A DNA stretch of 39,533 nt from contig CAZNQV010000003.1 of the NCBI GenBank assembly GCA_964575655.1, positions 1-39,533 of the forward strand, in the 5' to 3' direction. Positions 16,090-24,668 of the stretch are shown piece by piece. The DNA comes from an uncultured Muribaculaceae bacterium. Lineage in GTDB: Bacteria; Bacillota_I; Bacilli_A; RF39; UBA660. The notes beneath the pieces are model-generated. The model was not told where the DNA came from and did not search any database. It was given only the letters and a program-made list of their open reading frames with translations. A program made the translations under genes and the position numbers. Each line of letters opens with the position of its first letter. Position 1 is the first letter of the stretch.

Positions 16090-16296
16090 TTGAATGAAAA
16101 AAGGGGCAGTTGTGAGGAATTATTATTACATACCGAAAAGAACATATTACCAAAAGAATACATTATGCTTAATCATAGATTAATTTTAAATAAAGAATTA
16201 TATGAATCAAAACTAGTAAGTACTCAAGTATTTCAAAAAATGGAGAAAATACTAATAACAAAAATGAATGATTTAATTGCAAAAACTCTGGAATGA
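16090..16296 (+). CDS. small hypothetical protein (68 aa) immediately upstream of the recombinase; candidate accessory or directionality factor
   Basis: TTG start 7 nt after AAGGGAGG. The stop overlaps the recombinase reading frame (ATGA). No recognisable motif. Confidence 0.4.
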   Translation: MNEKRGSCEELLLHTEKNILPKEYIMLNHRLILNKELYESKLVSTQVFQKMEKILITKMNDLIAKTLE

Positions 16297-16313
16297 TAAG
16301 AAAGGGGTATCTA

Positions 16314-18065
16314 ATGGACATTATAAAGGCAAGGGAAGATTTGATAAAAGGTAAAACAATTTATGATATGAAGTTAAGGGTAGCAGATTTATGTCGTGTA
16401 TCAACCGATAAAGATGAGCAATTAAATTCTTTAGATAACCAAGTAAATTATTTTAGTGAAATGATAAATAATTGTCCTAATTGGACACATATAGGATCGT
16501 ATGTTGATGAAGGAATTAGTGGAACTAGTGTAGATAAAAGAAAAGGTTTTTTAAAAATGATCGAAGATGCAAAACTTGGAAAAATAGATTTAATTTTAAC
16601 AAAAGAAATATCAAGATTTTCAAGAAATACAGTTGATAGCATAAAATATACTCAATTATTATTGTCCTGTGGAGTTATAGTGTATTTTCTTTCGGACAAT
16701 ATAAATACTATATATCCTGATAGTGAATTTAGACTTACTCTTATGGCAAGTATGGCACAGGATGAAGTTAGAAAATTATCAGAAAGAGTTAAGTTTGGAA
16801 TGAAAAGAATGATAAAAGATGGAAAACTAATAGGTGGAGGTAATATAACAGGTTATAATAAAAGTAAGGGTAAATTAGTTATTAATGAAGAAGAAAGACC
16901 AATAATAGAAACATTATTTAATTTATATGTAACTGGAGAATATGGCTTTGCAAAAATAGGTGAAAAACTTGCAGAAATGGGATATTTTACTACTAAAGGT
17001 AGGATATTTAGTGATACTACATTAAAAAAGATTTTGCAAAATCCAAGATACAAAGGATTTTACACAGCAAATAAGTCTTACATTGAGGATTATAAAACTC
17101 ATAAAAAAATTATGAATCCAAAAGAACAATGGATTTGTTATAAAGATGAAAATATACCACCAATAATAAGTGAAGAACTTTGGGATGAAGCAAATAGATT
17201 ATATGAAAAAAGAAAAAAGCATTGGAACAAATATGTAGTTAATAAAACTTTCTATTTAGAAAAAAGAAATTATACTTCAAAATTATTTTGTAAAGATCAC
17301 GATACAACTTTTATAAGATATGCCTCTGGTAAAAGAAAAGAAAATCCAACTTGGCAATGTAATGAATATTTAAGACACGGTTTAAAAGGTTGCAAGACTC
17401 CAATTATTTATGAAAAACATCTTGATAATATATTTGAAAAAGTATTAAATAAATTTATTACTAATAAAGAAGAATACTTGGAAGAAATTTTATTAGACTA
17501 TAAAAGATTAATAAAAGAAAATAACGGGGAATTTAATGTAGATGAATTACGAGAAAAAATAAAAGAGCAAGAAACTATAAAAGAAAGACTATTTGATATG
17601 TCCCTTAGAAAATTAATAACTGATGATGAGTTTGTGATAAAGAAAGAAAAAATAAATAAAGATATTAATGAATTAAAAATAGAAATTAATAAATATGAAA
17701 CAGAAAAAGAAGATATTAGTTTATATGAAAATATATGTAAAAAAATAAGAGAGTTTATTGAGCCAAAATTAGATATAAAAAACAATATAGAAAGATATGT
17801 TAATCTATTTATAGATAAAGTATTTGTTTCAAAAATAAATAATGATAGAAAGCATTTAAAATTAGAAATTGTATTCAATTTTAATAGAGATGATGAAGAA
17901 GTAGAAGTAGATTTCAATGAGTCAAATAATGGTAATAATACTAAAAAAACAAATAAAACAAATAAAACAAATAATAGGAAAGAAAAAACTAGGGTGTCAT
18001 TTGACAACAATTTTTTTCTAGAGAAGTATCTCTTACTAGACCACAAGCAATCCAGGATTTGTTAA
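16314..18065 (+). CDS. large serine recombinase (SpoIVCA/SprA/phiC31-type)
   Basis: ...LRVADLCRVSTDKDEQLNSLDNQ... holds the catalytic Ser in RVST. The resolvase core ...ILTKEISRFSRN...SE..R.LSERVK... is followed by a recombinase domain and a Cys-containing zinc-ribbon region (CKDH...WQCNEYLRHGLKGC) and a coiled-coil. RBS AAAGGGG precedes ATG 16314. The stop at 18063-18065 lies 13 nt beyond the attR core. Confidence 0.9.
   Translation: MDIIKAREDLIKGKTIYDMKLRVADLCRVSTDKDEQLNSLDNQVNYFSEMINNCPNWTHIGSYVDEGISGTSVDKRKGFLKMIEDAKLGKIDLILTKEISRFSRNTVDSIKYTQLLLSCGVIVYFLSDNINTIYPDSEFRLTLMASMAQDEVRKLSERVKFGMKRMIKDGKLIGGGNITGYNKSKGKLVINEEERPIIETLFNLYVTGEYGFAKIGEKLAEMGYFTTKGRIFSDTTLKKILQNPRYKGFYTANKSYIEDYKTHKKIMNPKEQWICYKDENIPPIISEELWDEANRLYEKRKKHWNKYVVNKTFYLEKRNYTSKLFCKDHDTTFIRYASGKRKENPTWQCNEYLRHGLKGCKTPIIYEKHLDNIFEKVLNKFITNKEEYLEEILLDYKRLIKENNGEFNVDELREKIKEQETIKERLFDMSLRKLITDDEFVIKKEKINKDINELKIEINKYETEKEDISLYENICKKIREFIEPKLDIKNNIERYVNLFIDKVFVSKINNDRKHLKLEIVFNFNRDDEEVEVDFNESNNGNNTKKTNKTNKTNNRKEKTRVSFDNNFFLEKYLLLDHKQSRIC
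18026..18033. repeat. element-internal inverted-repeat arm (right)
   Basis: GTATCTCT; see 14308-14315. Confidence 0.5.
18049..18052. repeat. attR core (AATC)
   Basis: See 14291-14294. AAT here is in frame with the downstream PBP codons (aat cca gga ttt gtt aaa atg). Confidence 0.6.
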
Positions 18066-18906
18066 AATGGGAATGCTACTAGGTAAAGATAAATTATTTG
18101 AATATATAGATTTATTTGGTTTTGGTGAAAAAACGGGAATAGATTTATCAGGAGAAGCTACGGGTATAATCTTTGATACAAATAATATTGGTTTAGTTGA
18201 AACGGCAACGACGGCATTTGGTCAAGGAGTGAGTGTTACCCCAATTCAACAGGTAAGAGCTGTATCGGCTATTGTTAATGGGGGATATTTATATCAACCT
18301 TATATTGTAAAAAGTATAAAAAAAGATAATCAAATTATCTTGGAAAATGATAAAAACTTAATTCGGAAAACAATCAGTGAGAATACTAGTGAAATTATGA
18401 AAATGGCATTGGAAAGTGTTGTTACTAATGGTGGTGGTCGAGCAACTTATATTGAAGGATATCGGGTTGGTGGTAAAACCGGTACTGCCCAAAAAGCGAA
18501 GGATGGAAGATATTTGGTAGGTAATTATATAATGAGTTTTATGGCGGTAGTACCAGCTAATGATCCAGAAGCTGTATTATATGTAGCAATTGACAATCCT
18601 CATAATACGGCTATGTTATCTAGTTATACAACTACCCCTGTTGCGAGACGAGTTTTATTGGATATTATTGATAGCTTAGATATTGAAAAACAAAGTGGTG
18701 CAACCGAAAAAAAATATGAATGGACAGATAAACGATATTATGATGTTCCTAATGTTATTGGGATGAGTGTAAAAGAAGCCAAGAAACATTTATATAATTT
18801 TGAAATTGAATATTCTGGTAATGGTGATAAAGTTTTAGAACAATCACCTAGTGGAGGAACAAGACATTACACAACCGGAAAAATCAGATTATTATTAGGC
18901 AATTAA
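18052..18906 (+). CDS. spoVD: 3' segment of the split SpoVD-type PBP gene (no independent start expected)
   Basis: In-frame PGFVKMGMLLGKDKLFEYIDLFGFGEKTGIDL..., GFGQG, KTG = GGKTGTAQ, and one C-terminal PASTA domain (VPNVIGMSVKEAKKHL...). The track ORF begins at internal Met 18067. Confidence 0.85.
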   Translation, partial: PGFVKMGMLLGKDKLFEYIDLFGFGEKTGIDLSGEATGIIFDTNNIGLVETATTAFGQGVSVTPIQQVRAVSAIVNGGYLYQPYIVKSIKKDNQIILENDKNLIRKTISENTSEIMKMALESVVTNGGGRATYIEGYRVGGKTGTAQKAKDGRYLVGNYIMSFMAVVPANDPEAVLYVAIDNPHNTAMLSSYTTTPVARRVLLDIIDSLDIEKQSGATEKKYEWTDKRYYDVPNVIGMSVKEAKKHLYNFEIEYSGNGDKVLEQSPSGGTRHYTTGKIRLLLGN

Positions 18907-18976
18907 TGTTACAAATTTGTGGCTACTTCTTGCATATGATTTATGATGTGTAGTATAATTAAATGACAGAAAGAGG

Positions 18977-19966
18977 TTGATGATAGTGTTAACATTAACA
19001 AAAGTATTATTAGCTATTATGTTAGGTTTTGTGGCATCTGTAGTTTTTGGATGGTTTTTCATACCTTTATTAAAAAGAATCAATTTTAAACAAAAAATTA
19101 GTAGATATGTTGGGGAAACCCATCAAAAAAAAGCAGGAACTCCTACAATGGGTGGATTAATATTTATTGTTCCAACAGTTTTAATTACAGTATATTTATT
19201 AATTACAAAAAGACTTGATTTTAGTTATGATTTAATAATTACTTTATTTGTTTTTGTAGCATATGCAGTTTTGGGTTTTATTGATGATTATTTGAGTATT
19301 AGACGAGGTAAAAATGAAGGTTTATCAATTGCTCAGAAATTTTTAGGTCAAGCTTTAATTGCATTGGTTTTCTTTGCTTTATTTATGAGATTTAATGGTG
19401 ATACAAGGTTAATTGTTTCATCTTTAGGAATCAATTGGGATTTAAAATGGTTCTATGGAATATTTATTTTGTTATTATTGGTGGGATTTAGTAATGCAGT
19501 TAATTTAACAGATGGATTAGATGGATTATCTGGTGGATTATCAGCGTTTGCCTTTATCGCTTTTGCACTAATTGCACTTTTTGCAGGATATTATGATATG
19601 GGTATATTTTGTTTTGTGCTAGTTGGTTCATTATTCGGTTTCTTAATGTATAATGGATATCCTGCCAAGGTATTTATGGGGGATACTGGTTCTTTATGCC
19701 TGGGGGCAGCGTTAGCCACAGTAGCGATATTAACTAGGCGTGAAGTTACATTATTTGTAGTAGCATTCGTATTTTTAATTGAAACAGTGTCATCTATATT
19801 ACAAATATATTGGGTTCAAAAAAAGAGTAAAAAATTGTTTTTAATGGCACCATTACATCATCATTTTGAAAAATTAGGATGGACTGAGCCGGATATTGTA
19901 AAAGTATTTTGGGTAGTTGGTATTATCTTTGCAATGTTAGGAATATTCTTCGCAGTTTGGTTATAA
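18977..19966 (+). CDS. mraY: phospho-N-acetylmuramoyl-pentapeptide transferase
   Basis: ...KAGTPTMGG..., NAVNLTDGLDGL, VFMGDTGSL and APLHHHFE motifs. The most likely start is GTG 18986, 9 nt after AGAGG. Confidence 0.92.
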   Translation: MMIVLTLTKVLLAIMLGFVASVVFGWFFIPLLKRINFKQKISRYVGETHQKKAGTPTMGGLIFIVPTVLITVYLLITKRLDFSYDLIITLFVFVAYAVLGFIDDYLSIRRGKNEGLSIAQKFLGQALIALVFFALFMRFNGDTRLIVSSLGINWDLKWFYGIFILLLLVGFSNAVNLTDGLDGLSGGLSAFAFIAFALIALFAGYYDMGIFCFVLVGSLFGFLMYNGYPAKVFMGDTGSLCLGAALATVAILTRREVTLFVVAFVFLIETVSSILQIYWVQKKSKKLFLMAPLHHHFEKLGWTEPDIVKVFWVVGIIFAMLGIFFAVWL

Positions 19967-19984
19967 AATATTATTGGTGATATA

Positions 19985-21064
19985 GTGTTAAGAAAGTATC
20001 GATATTTCCTTTTCTTAGCAATAATAATTTTAGTAATATTTGGATTAGTTATGATTTATTCAGCATCATATATATGGGCAGAATATAAATATATGGATGC
20101 ATTAAAATATGTGAAACAACAAGGTTTATTTATCTTAATAGGATTAGTTTTAATGTATATAGTAAGTAAGATAAATTATAAAATATATTATAAAAAGGCA
20201 AATTTAATTTTATTAGGTTGTCTTTTTCTTTTAATTATTGTTTTAATACCGGGTTTAGGCACTGTTAGGAATGGTTCTAGGAGTTGGTTTGGTATTGGAT
20301 CATTTGGAATTCAACCTAGTGAATTTGCAAAGTTAGGATTAATGATTTTTATATCAAAGTATCTAAGTAAAAGTGAAAAAATAGGGCAAAAATTTAAAAA
20401 TATTTTACCAATTTTAATTATTTTAGGCGTTTTCTTCTTTTTAATAATGTTACAACCTGATTTTGGTACAGGAATGGTATTAGTATTAAGTATTGTGTCG
20501 TTAGTATTTGCATCAGGCTTAAATTTTAAATACTTTTACTATTTAATTGGAACTGGCATAATGGGAATAACCGCTTTAATTATCGTGGCACCTTATCGAA
20601 TGCAACGCATTATTTCCTTTTTAAATCCTTGGAAAGACCCACTAGGTAGTGGCTTTCAGATAATTCAAAGTTTATATGCAATTGGTCCTGGAGGGTTATT
20701 AGGAGTAGGATTTCTAAACTCGAGACAAAAACATTTTTATTTACCAGAACCACAGACTGATTTTATATTTTCAATTATATGTGAAGAATTTGGAATTGTT
20801 GGAGCTTTGATAGTTGTATTTCTTTTTGGAATGGTTGCTTATTGTGGAATTAATATTGCTATTAAACAAGAGAATTTATTTACTAAATATTTAACATATG
20901 GAATAGTATTTCAAATAATATTTCAAGCTTTATTAAATTTAGCTGTTGTTATCGGGTTAGTCCCGGTAACGGGGGTGACACTTCCATTTTTAAGTTATGG
21001 AGGAAGTTCATTACTTGTTAGTATGGCATCAATTGGAATTATACTAAATATAAGTAAGGACTGA
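19985..21064 (+). CDS. ftsW: SEDS-family peptidoglycan polymerase (FtsW/SpoVE)
   Basis: A 10-TM protein with ...RSWFGIGSFGIQPSEFAKL..., QPDFGT, ...PEPQTDFIFS... and LPFLSYGGSS. Its position after mraY matches Bacillus spoVE. Confidence 0.88.
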   Translation: MLRKYRYFLFLAIIILVIFGLVMIYSASYIWAEYKYMDALKYVKQQGLFILIGLVLMYIVSKINYKIYYKKANLILLGCLFLLIIVLIPGLGTVRNGSRSWFGIGSFGIQPSEFAKLGLMIFISKYLSKSEKIGQKFKNILPILIILGVFFFLIMLQPDFGTGMVLVLSIVSLVFASGLNFKYFYYLIGTGIMGITALIIVAPYRMQRIISFLNPWKDPLGSGFQIIQSLYAIGPGGLLGVGFLNSRQKHFYLPEPQTDFIFSIICEEFGIVGALIVVFLFGMVAYCGINIAIKQENLFTKYLTYGIVFQIIFQALLNLAVVIGLVPVTGVTLPFLSYGGSSLLVSMASIGIILNISKD

Positions 21065-21096
21065 AAATAAACTAAATAATAAATTATAAAAAGTAG

Positions 21097-21124
21097 TTGT
21101 ATTGAGACACTTGTTTGATATAAT
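21097..21124 (+). promoter_or_regulatory. candidate sigma-A promoter with extended -10
   Basis: TTGTAT, 16 nt spacer, TATAAT, preceded by TGa (TGATATAAT). Confidence 0.4.
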
Positions 21125-21155
21125 TATGTTAATCTTGAATGAAAGGTAGAACTGT

Positions 21156-21953
21156 ATGAAAAAAGTAAGTGAAGGTTATAGGAGTATTTCATATTTAGAT
21201 GGAAATGATAAAATAGTTTTAAAAGGTAAAAACTATTATGCTAATAAATCTTATATCAAAGATTATAAAACGCTTAAAACCATTGGCAAGTATATTAAAA
21301 GTGTAGATATACCAAATAATGTAGAATTAATTGGTATTAATGATGAGTTTTTATATGGTGGCTTAAGATATTCATTCATAGGTGGCTTAGTATTTGATTA
21401 TAATTTAAAAGACAAATATAATTTAGAGGGTATTGCAAATGGATTATCAGCGTTTTTAAATGAATTACATTCAATAAAAACAAAGTATAATCGAAATAAA
21501 ATAATAAACGATGAGATATTAACTGTAAATCAAAATATCGATGTATTAAAAAAGTATTTAGATTTAAATTATATGGATAAAATAACTAAAATATGGTTAA
21601 GTAAATATAATAGGAAATTAGATGATTATGAGGATTTTTCAATTGTTCATGGAGATTTGTGGTATGAGAATTATATAATATCATATGATCATCAAAAACT
21701 AATAGGGATTATTGATTTTGAAAATTCAATGGTTTTTATGAGAGAATATGATTTCGTTCCATTATTATATATTAGTAATGATTTTATAAGTAATGTAATA
21801 AAAAAATATACTTATAATTTAGATAAAGAGTTAATAAATTTATTGTTTATTAGAAGAGAAATATGTAGTTTTAAATATATTTTAGAGAATGAACCTGATG
21901 ATGTGGATGAACAATTAGAAAAAATAAGAAATTCTATTGATAAATATCTATAA
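21156..21953 (+). CDS. aminoglycoside/choline-kinase-like phosphotransferase (APH family)
   Basis: Brenner-type catalytic loop VHGDLWYENYI and the downstream IGIIDFENS (DFE/DxD) motif. Confidence 0.7.
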   Translation: MKKVSEGYRSISYLDGNDKIVLKGKNYYANKSYIKDYKTLKTIGKYIKSVDIPNNVELIGINDEFLYGGLRYSFIGGLVFDYNLKDKYNLEGIANGLSAFLNELHSIKTKYNRNKIINDEILTVNQNIDVLKKYLDLNYMDKITKIWLSKYNRKLDDYEDFSIVHGDLWYENYIISYDHQKLIGIIDFENSMVFMREYDFVPLLYISNDFISNVIKKYTYNLDKELINLLFIRREICSFKYILENEPDDVDEQLEKIRNSIDKYL

Positions 21954-22056
21954 TTGATTTCTTAATTATCTTTGACATACATAGTAATTTTGATATATTT
22001 CTAGTAAAAAAATGGTGACTATGTTATAATGTATATGACAAAAAGGTGGGATTGTT

Positions 22057-23499
22057 ATGAGTTTAAAAGTTTATAATGTTTTAACGCGAAAAAAGGAAGA
22101 TTTTATACCTCAAGAGAAGAATAAAGTAAAAATGTATGCTTGTGGTATTACAGCTTCTGGCAACGCACATTTGGGACATGCTTATCAAGCAATAATTTTT
22201 GATGTTATAAAAAAGTATTTAGAATATATTGGATATGAAGTTACTTATGTTAGAAATTATACTGATGTAGATGATAAAATAATTTTAAAAGCAAGAGAAT
22301 TAAAGGAAGATCCTACTTGTTTTGCAGTTAAAATGATGAATAAAATAGATAAAGAATTAGATACATTAATTATTGAACGACCAACCATACAATCTAGGGC
22401 TACCGAATGTATTCCGGATATGATACAGTTTATTCAATCTTTGATTATAAAAGGGCAGGCTTATAGCACTGAATATGGTGATGTTTTCTTTAAGGTTTCT
22501 TCATTCAAAGATTATGGTAAATTGTCCAATAGAAATATTGATGAAACTATTTCTGGTGTTCGAAAAGATATTGAACCTGGTAAATTAGATGATCGTGATT
22601 TTGCATTATGGAAGCATGCAGGCGCTGATGAAATATATTGGGATTCACCTTGGGGGAAGGGGAGACCTGGTTGGCATATTGAGTGTTCAGCGATGAGTAT
22701 GAAGTATTTAGGAGAGACACTTGATATTCACGGAGGAGGAAAGGATTTAATATTTCCACATCATGAAAATGAAATTGCTCAAAGTGAGTCTCTTACAGAA
22801 AAACCTTTTGCTAAATATTGGATACATAATGGTTTGGTTAAGGTTAATGGCCAAAAAATGAGTAAATCATTAAATAATGGAATTATTCTTGAAGATTTGC
22901 TTAATGAATACAATTATGAAGTTATTAGAATGACATTGCTAGATAATAGTTATCGTTCTGATATTAATATTATGGATGGTGCTTTTGAAAATCATGAAAA
23001 GAAAATATATGGTTTTTATAAATTGATGAATAAAGTAGATGAAATAACTAAAAATATTGAATTTGAAGATGATTCTGATGTATTCAAATTAGTAGATGAT
23101 AAGTTTAGAAGTGCGATGAATAATGATTTTAATACCTCACTTGCTATATCGTATTTATACGATTTTATGGCGGAAATGAATGTAATGATCAAAGAAAATA
23201 AGTTGCAAAAATTACAAAATATGAAGAAGGCACTTATTGAAGTTTATAAAGTTCTTGGTTTATTACAACAAAATCCACAGGAAATTCTTGATGTAATAAA
23301 GAATAAGTATTTAAAATTATATAATATTTCGATTGAAGAAATAAATCTAAAGTTATTGGAAAGAAATAATTTTAAAAATAATAGAGAATATGATAAAGCA
23401 GATATCATTAGAAATGAGTTAAATGCTAAAGGTATAATTATTGAAGATAGTGCTGGAACATCAAAATGGGATATCGAAATTAATAATAATAGTTTTTAA
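22057..23499 (+). CDS. cysS: cysteine--tRNA ligase
   Basis: HIGH box = HLGHA, KMSKS box present, and WHIECSAM is the zinc/cysteine-binding signature. Confidence 0.95.
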   Translation: MSLKVYNVLTRKKEDFIPQEKNKVKMYACGITASGNAHLGHAYQAIIFDVIKKYLEYIGYEVTYVRNYTDVDDKIILKARELKEDPTCFAVKMMNKIDKELDTLIIERPTIQSRATECIPDMIQFIQSLIIKGQAYSTEYGDVFFKVSSFKDYGKLSNRNIDETISGVRKDIEPGKLDDRDFALWKHAGADEIYWDSPWGKGRPGWHIECSAMSMKYLGETLDIHGGGKDLIFPHHENEIAQSESLTEKPFAKYWIHNGLVKVNGQKMSKSLNNGIILEDLLNEYNYEVIRMTLLDNSYRSDINIMDGAFENHEKKIYGFYKLMNKVDEITKNIEFEDDSDVFKLVDDKFRSAMNNDFNTSLAISYLYDFMAEMNVMIKENKLQKLQNMKKALIEVYKVLGLLQQNPQEILDVIKNKYLKLYNISIEEINLKLLERNNFKNNREYDKADIIRNELNAKGIIIEDSAGTSKWDIEINNNSF

Positions 23500-23519
23500 A
23501 GAAGAGCAATCTTCTTTTT
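23498..23519 (+). terminator. rho-independent terminator after cysS
   Basis: AAAGAAG-AGCAAT-CTTCTTT followed by a T-run. Confidence 0.45.
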
Positions 23520-23590
23520 ATTTTACATTATTGTCTATAGTTAGTGCTATTTTTCTTGTAATTATGATATAATTAAAACAGGTGATATTA

Positions 23591-24661
23591 ATGCGAGTTG
23601 TTATTAGTGCTGCTGGAACTGGGGGACATATCTATCCAGCAATCTCAATTATTAATAGAATAAAACAAATGAACAAGGAAGCTTCATTTATTTATATTGG
23701 TACTACTAATCGTATGGAAAAAGACATCATTCCTAAATTAGGAATTAAGTATATTGGTTTAGATGTAGAGGGAATGAGTAAAAATCCAATTCAAGTAGTT
23801 AAATCGTTAGCTAAAATGGTTAAAGCAAACAAAAAATGTAAGCATTTAATGCAGGAGTTTAAACCTGATATTGTAATTGGTGTAGGTGGTTATGTAACGG
23901 TACCGGTTATTTATACTGCGCATCGTTTAGGAATCAAAACTTTAATTCATGAACAAAACTCAATACCAGGGAAAGCTAATATTTTTTTAAATAAATATGT
24001 TGATATTATTTGTACTTCTATCAAAAATTCAGGGAAGTATTTTGACGAATCAAAAGTTGTTTTTACAGGCAATCCTAGAGCAGAAGAGTTGTTGATGACA
24101 AAGAAAAAGACTAAAAAGGAATTAGGTTTTGATACTAATAAAAAATTAGTTTTAATAACGATGGGTTCTTTAGGGTCAGCTACAGTTAATGAAATGATTT
24201 ATAATTGCTTTGAACAAATGAATAATAAAAAATATGATGTTTTATTCATTACTGGTGATAAGTACTATGAAAAATATAAAAATTGTAAATATAAGAATAT
24301 AAAAATTGTAAAATATATTGATAATATGGCGGATATATTACAAATTACTGATGTAATTATTTCACGGGCAGGTGCAACAATATGTTCGGAAATAACAGCC
24401 GTTGGAATTCCATCTATTTTAATACCATCTCCCTATGTACCAAACAATCATCAGTATTTAAATGCTATGGAATTTGTTAATAATAATGCAACAATATTAA
24501 TACAAGAAAGAGAATTGGATTCTAAAGTGTTAATTAATGCTATTGATAGTTTATTTGATGATCAAGATAAATATTTTAAAATGAAACAAAATGCTAAAAA
24601 AATGGGTACTCCAAATAGTTTAAGCAATATATATAAAGAAATTAAAAAGTTAATTGGATAG
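23591..24661 (+). CDS. murG: UDP-N-acetylglucosamine--N-acetylmuramyl-(pentapeptide) pyrophosphoryl-undecaprenol GlcNAc transferase
   Basis: MRVVISAAGTGGHIYPA..., IHEQN and SRAGA motifs. The track start GTG 23582 lies inside the RBS AGGTGA. Confidence 0.92.
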   Translation: MRVVISAAGTGGHIYPAISIINRIKQMNKEASFIYIGTTNRMEKDIIPKLGIKYIGLDVEGMSKNPIQVVKSLAKMVKANKKCKHLMQEFKPDIVIGVGGYVTVPVIYTAHRLGIKTLIHEQNSIPGKANIFLNKYVDIICTSIKNSGKYFDESKVVFTGNPRAEELLMTKKKTKKELGFDTNKKLVLITMGSLGSATVNEMIYNCFEQMNNKKYDVLFITGDKYYEKYKNCKYKNIKIVKYIDNMADILQITDVIISRAGATICSEITAVGIPSILIPSPYVPNNHQYLNAMEFVNNNATILIQERELDSKVLINAIDSLFDDQDKYFKMKQNAKKMGTPNSLSNIYKEIKKLIG

Positions 24662-24668
24662 GAGAAAT

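Larger units (their letters stand above)
14295..18052. mobile_element. 3758-bp integrated element (candidate sporulation intervening element) carrying ispE-like, a decayed ORF/RNA region, a small ORF and a large serine recombinase
   Basis: It interrupts the PBP gene. Deleting exactly this interval restores one continuous 633-codon PBP frame. It is bounded by the AATC cores, with inverted arms AGAGATAC (14308-14315) and GTATCTCT (18026-18033). Confidence 0.8.

Noticed and set aside
17947-17973. Tandem 9-bp repeat (AAACAAATA)x3 considered as a possible CRISPR or regulatory array
   Set aside because: It is too short, has no spacers, and lies inside the recombinase ORF, where it encodes KTNKTNKTN. 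This is simple low-complexity coding sequence.
17498-18046. 182-aa minus-strand ORF antisense to the recombinase. Similar antisense ORFs lie at 1579-1875, 4495-4863, 10560-10871, 14554-14736, 15218-15415, 16448-16642, 16853-17053, 18895-19083, 22547-22759, 26641-26841, 27857-28147, 29150-29455, 34838-35380, 35377-35568, 35702-35884, 38328-38513 and 38730-38921
   Set aside because: All lie fully inside, or antisense to, well-supported genes. They have low-complexity Leu/Ser/Phe/Ile-rich translations typical of the reverse frame of AT-rich coding DNA, and they lack an RBS.
14295-18052. The insert as a prophage or conjugative element
   Set aside because: At 3.76 kb it carries no capsid, tail, replication or transfer genes. 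It is better described as a minimal integrative or intervening element, possibly a relic of a larger one.
21954-22056. Possible T-box leader upstream of cysS
   Set aside because: Only ~100 nt are available, which is too short for a T-box. No AGAGA/GNUGGUA-type T-box sequence or terminator/antiterminator pair is visible. There is only a plausible extended -10 promoter (TGTTATAAT).
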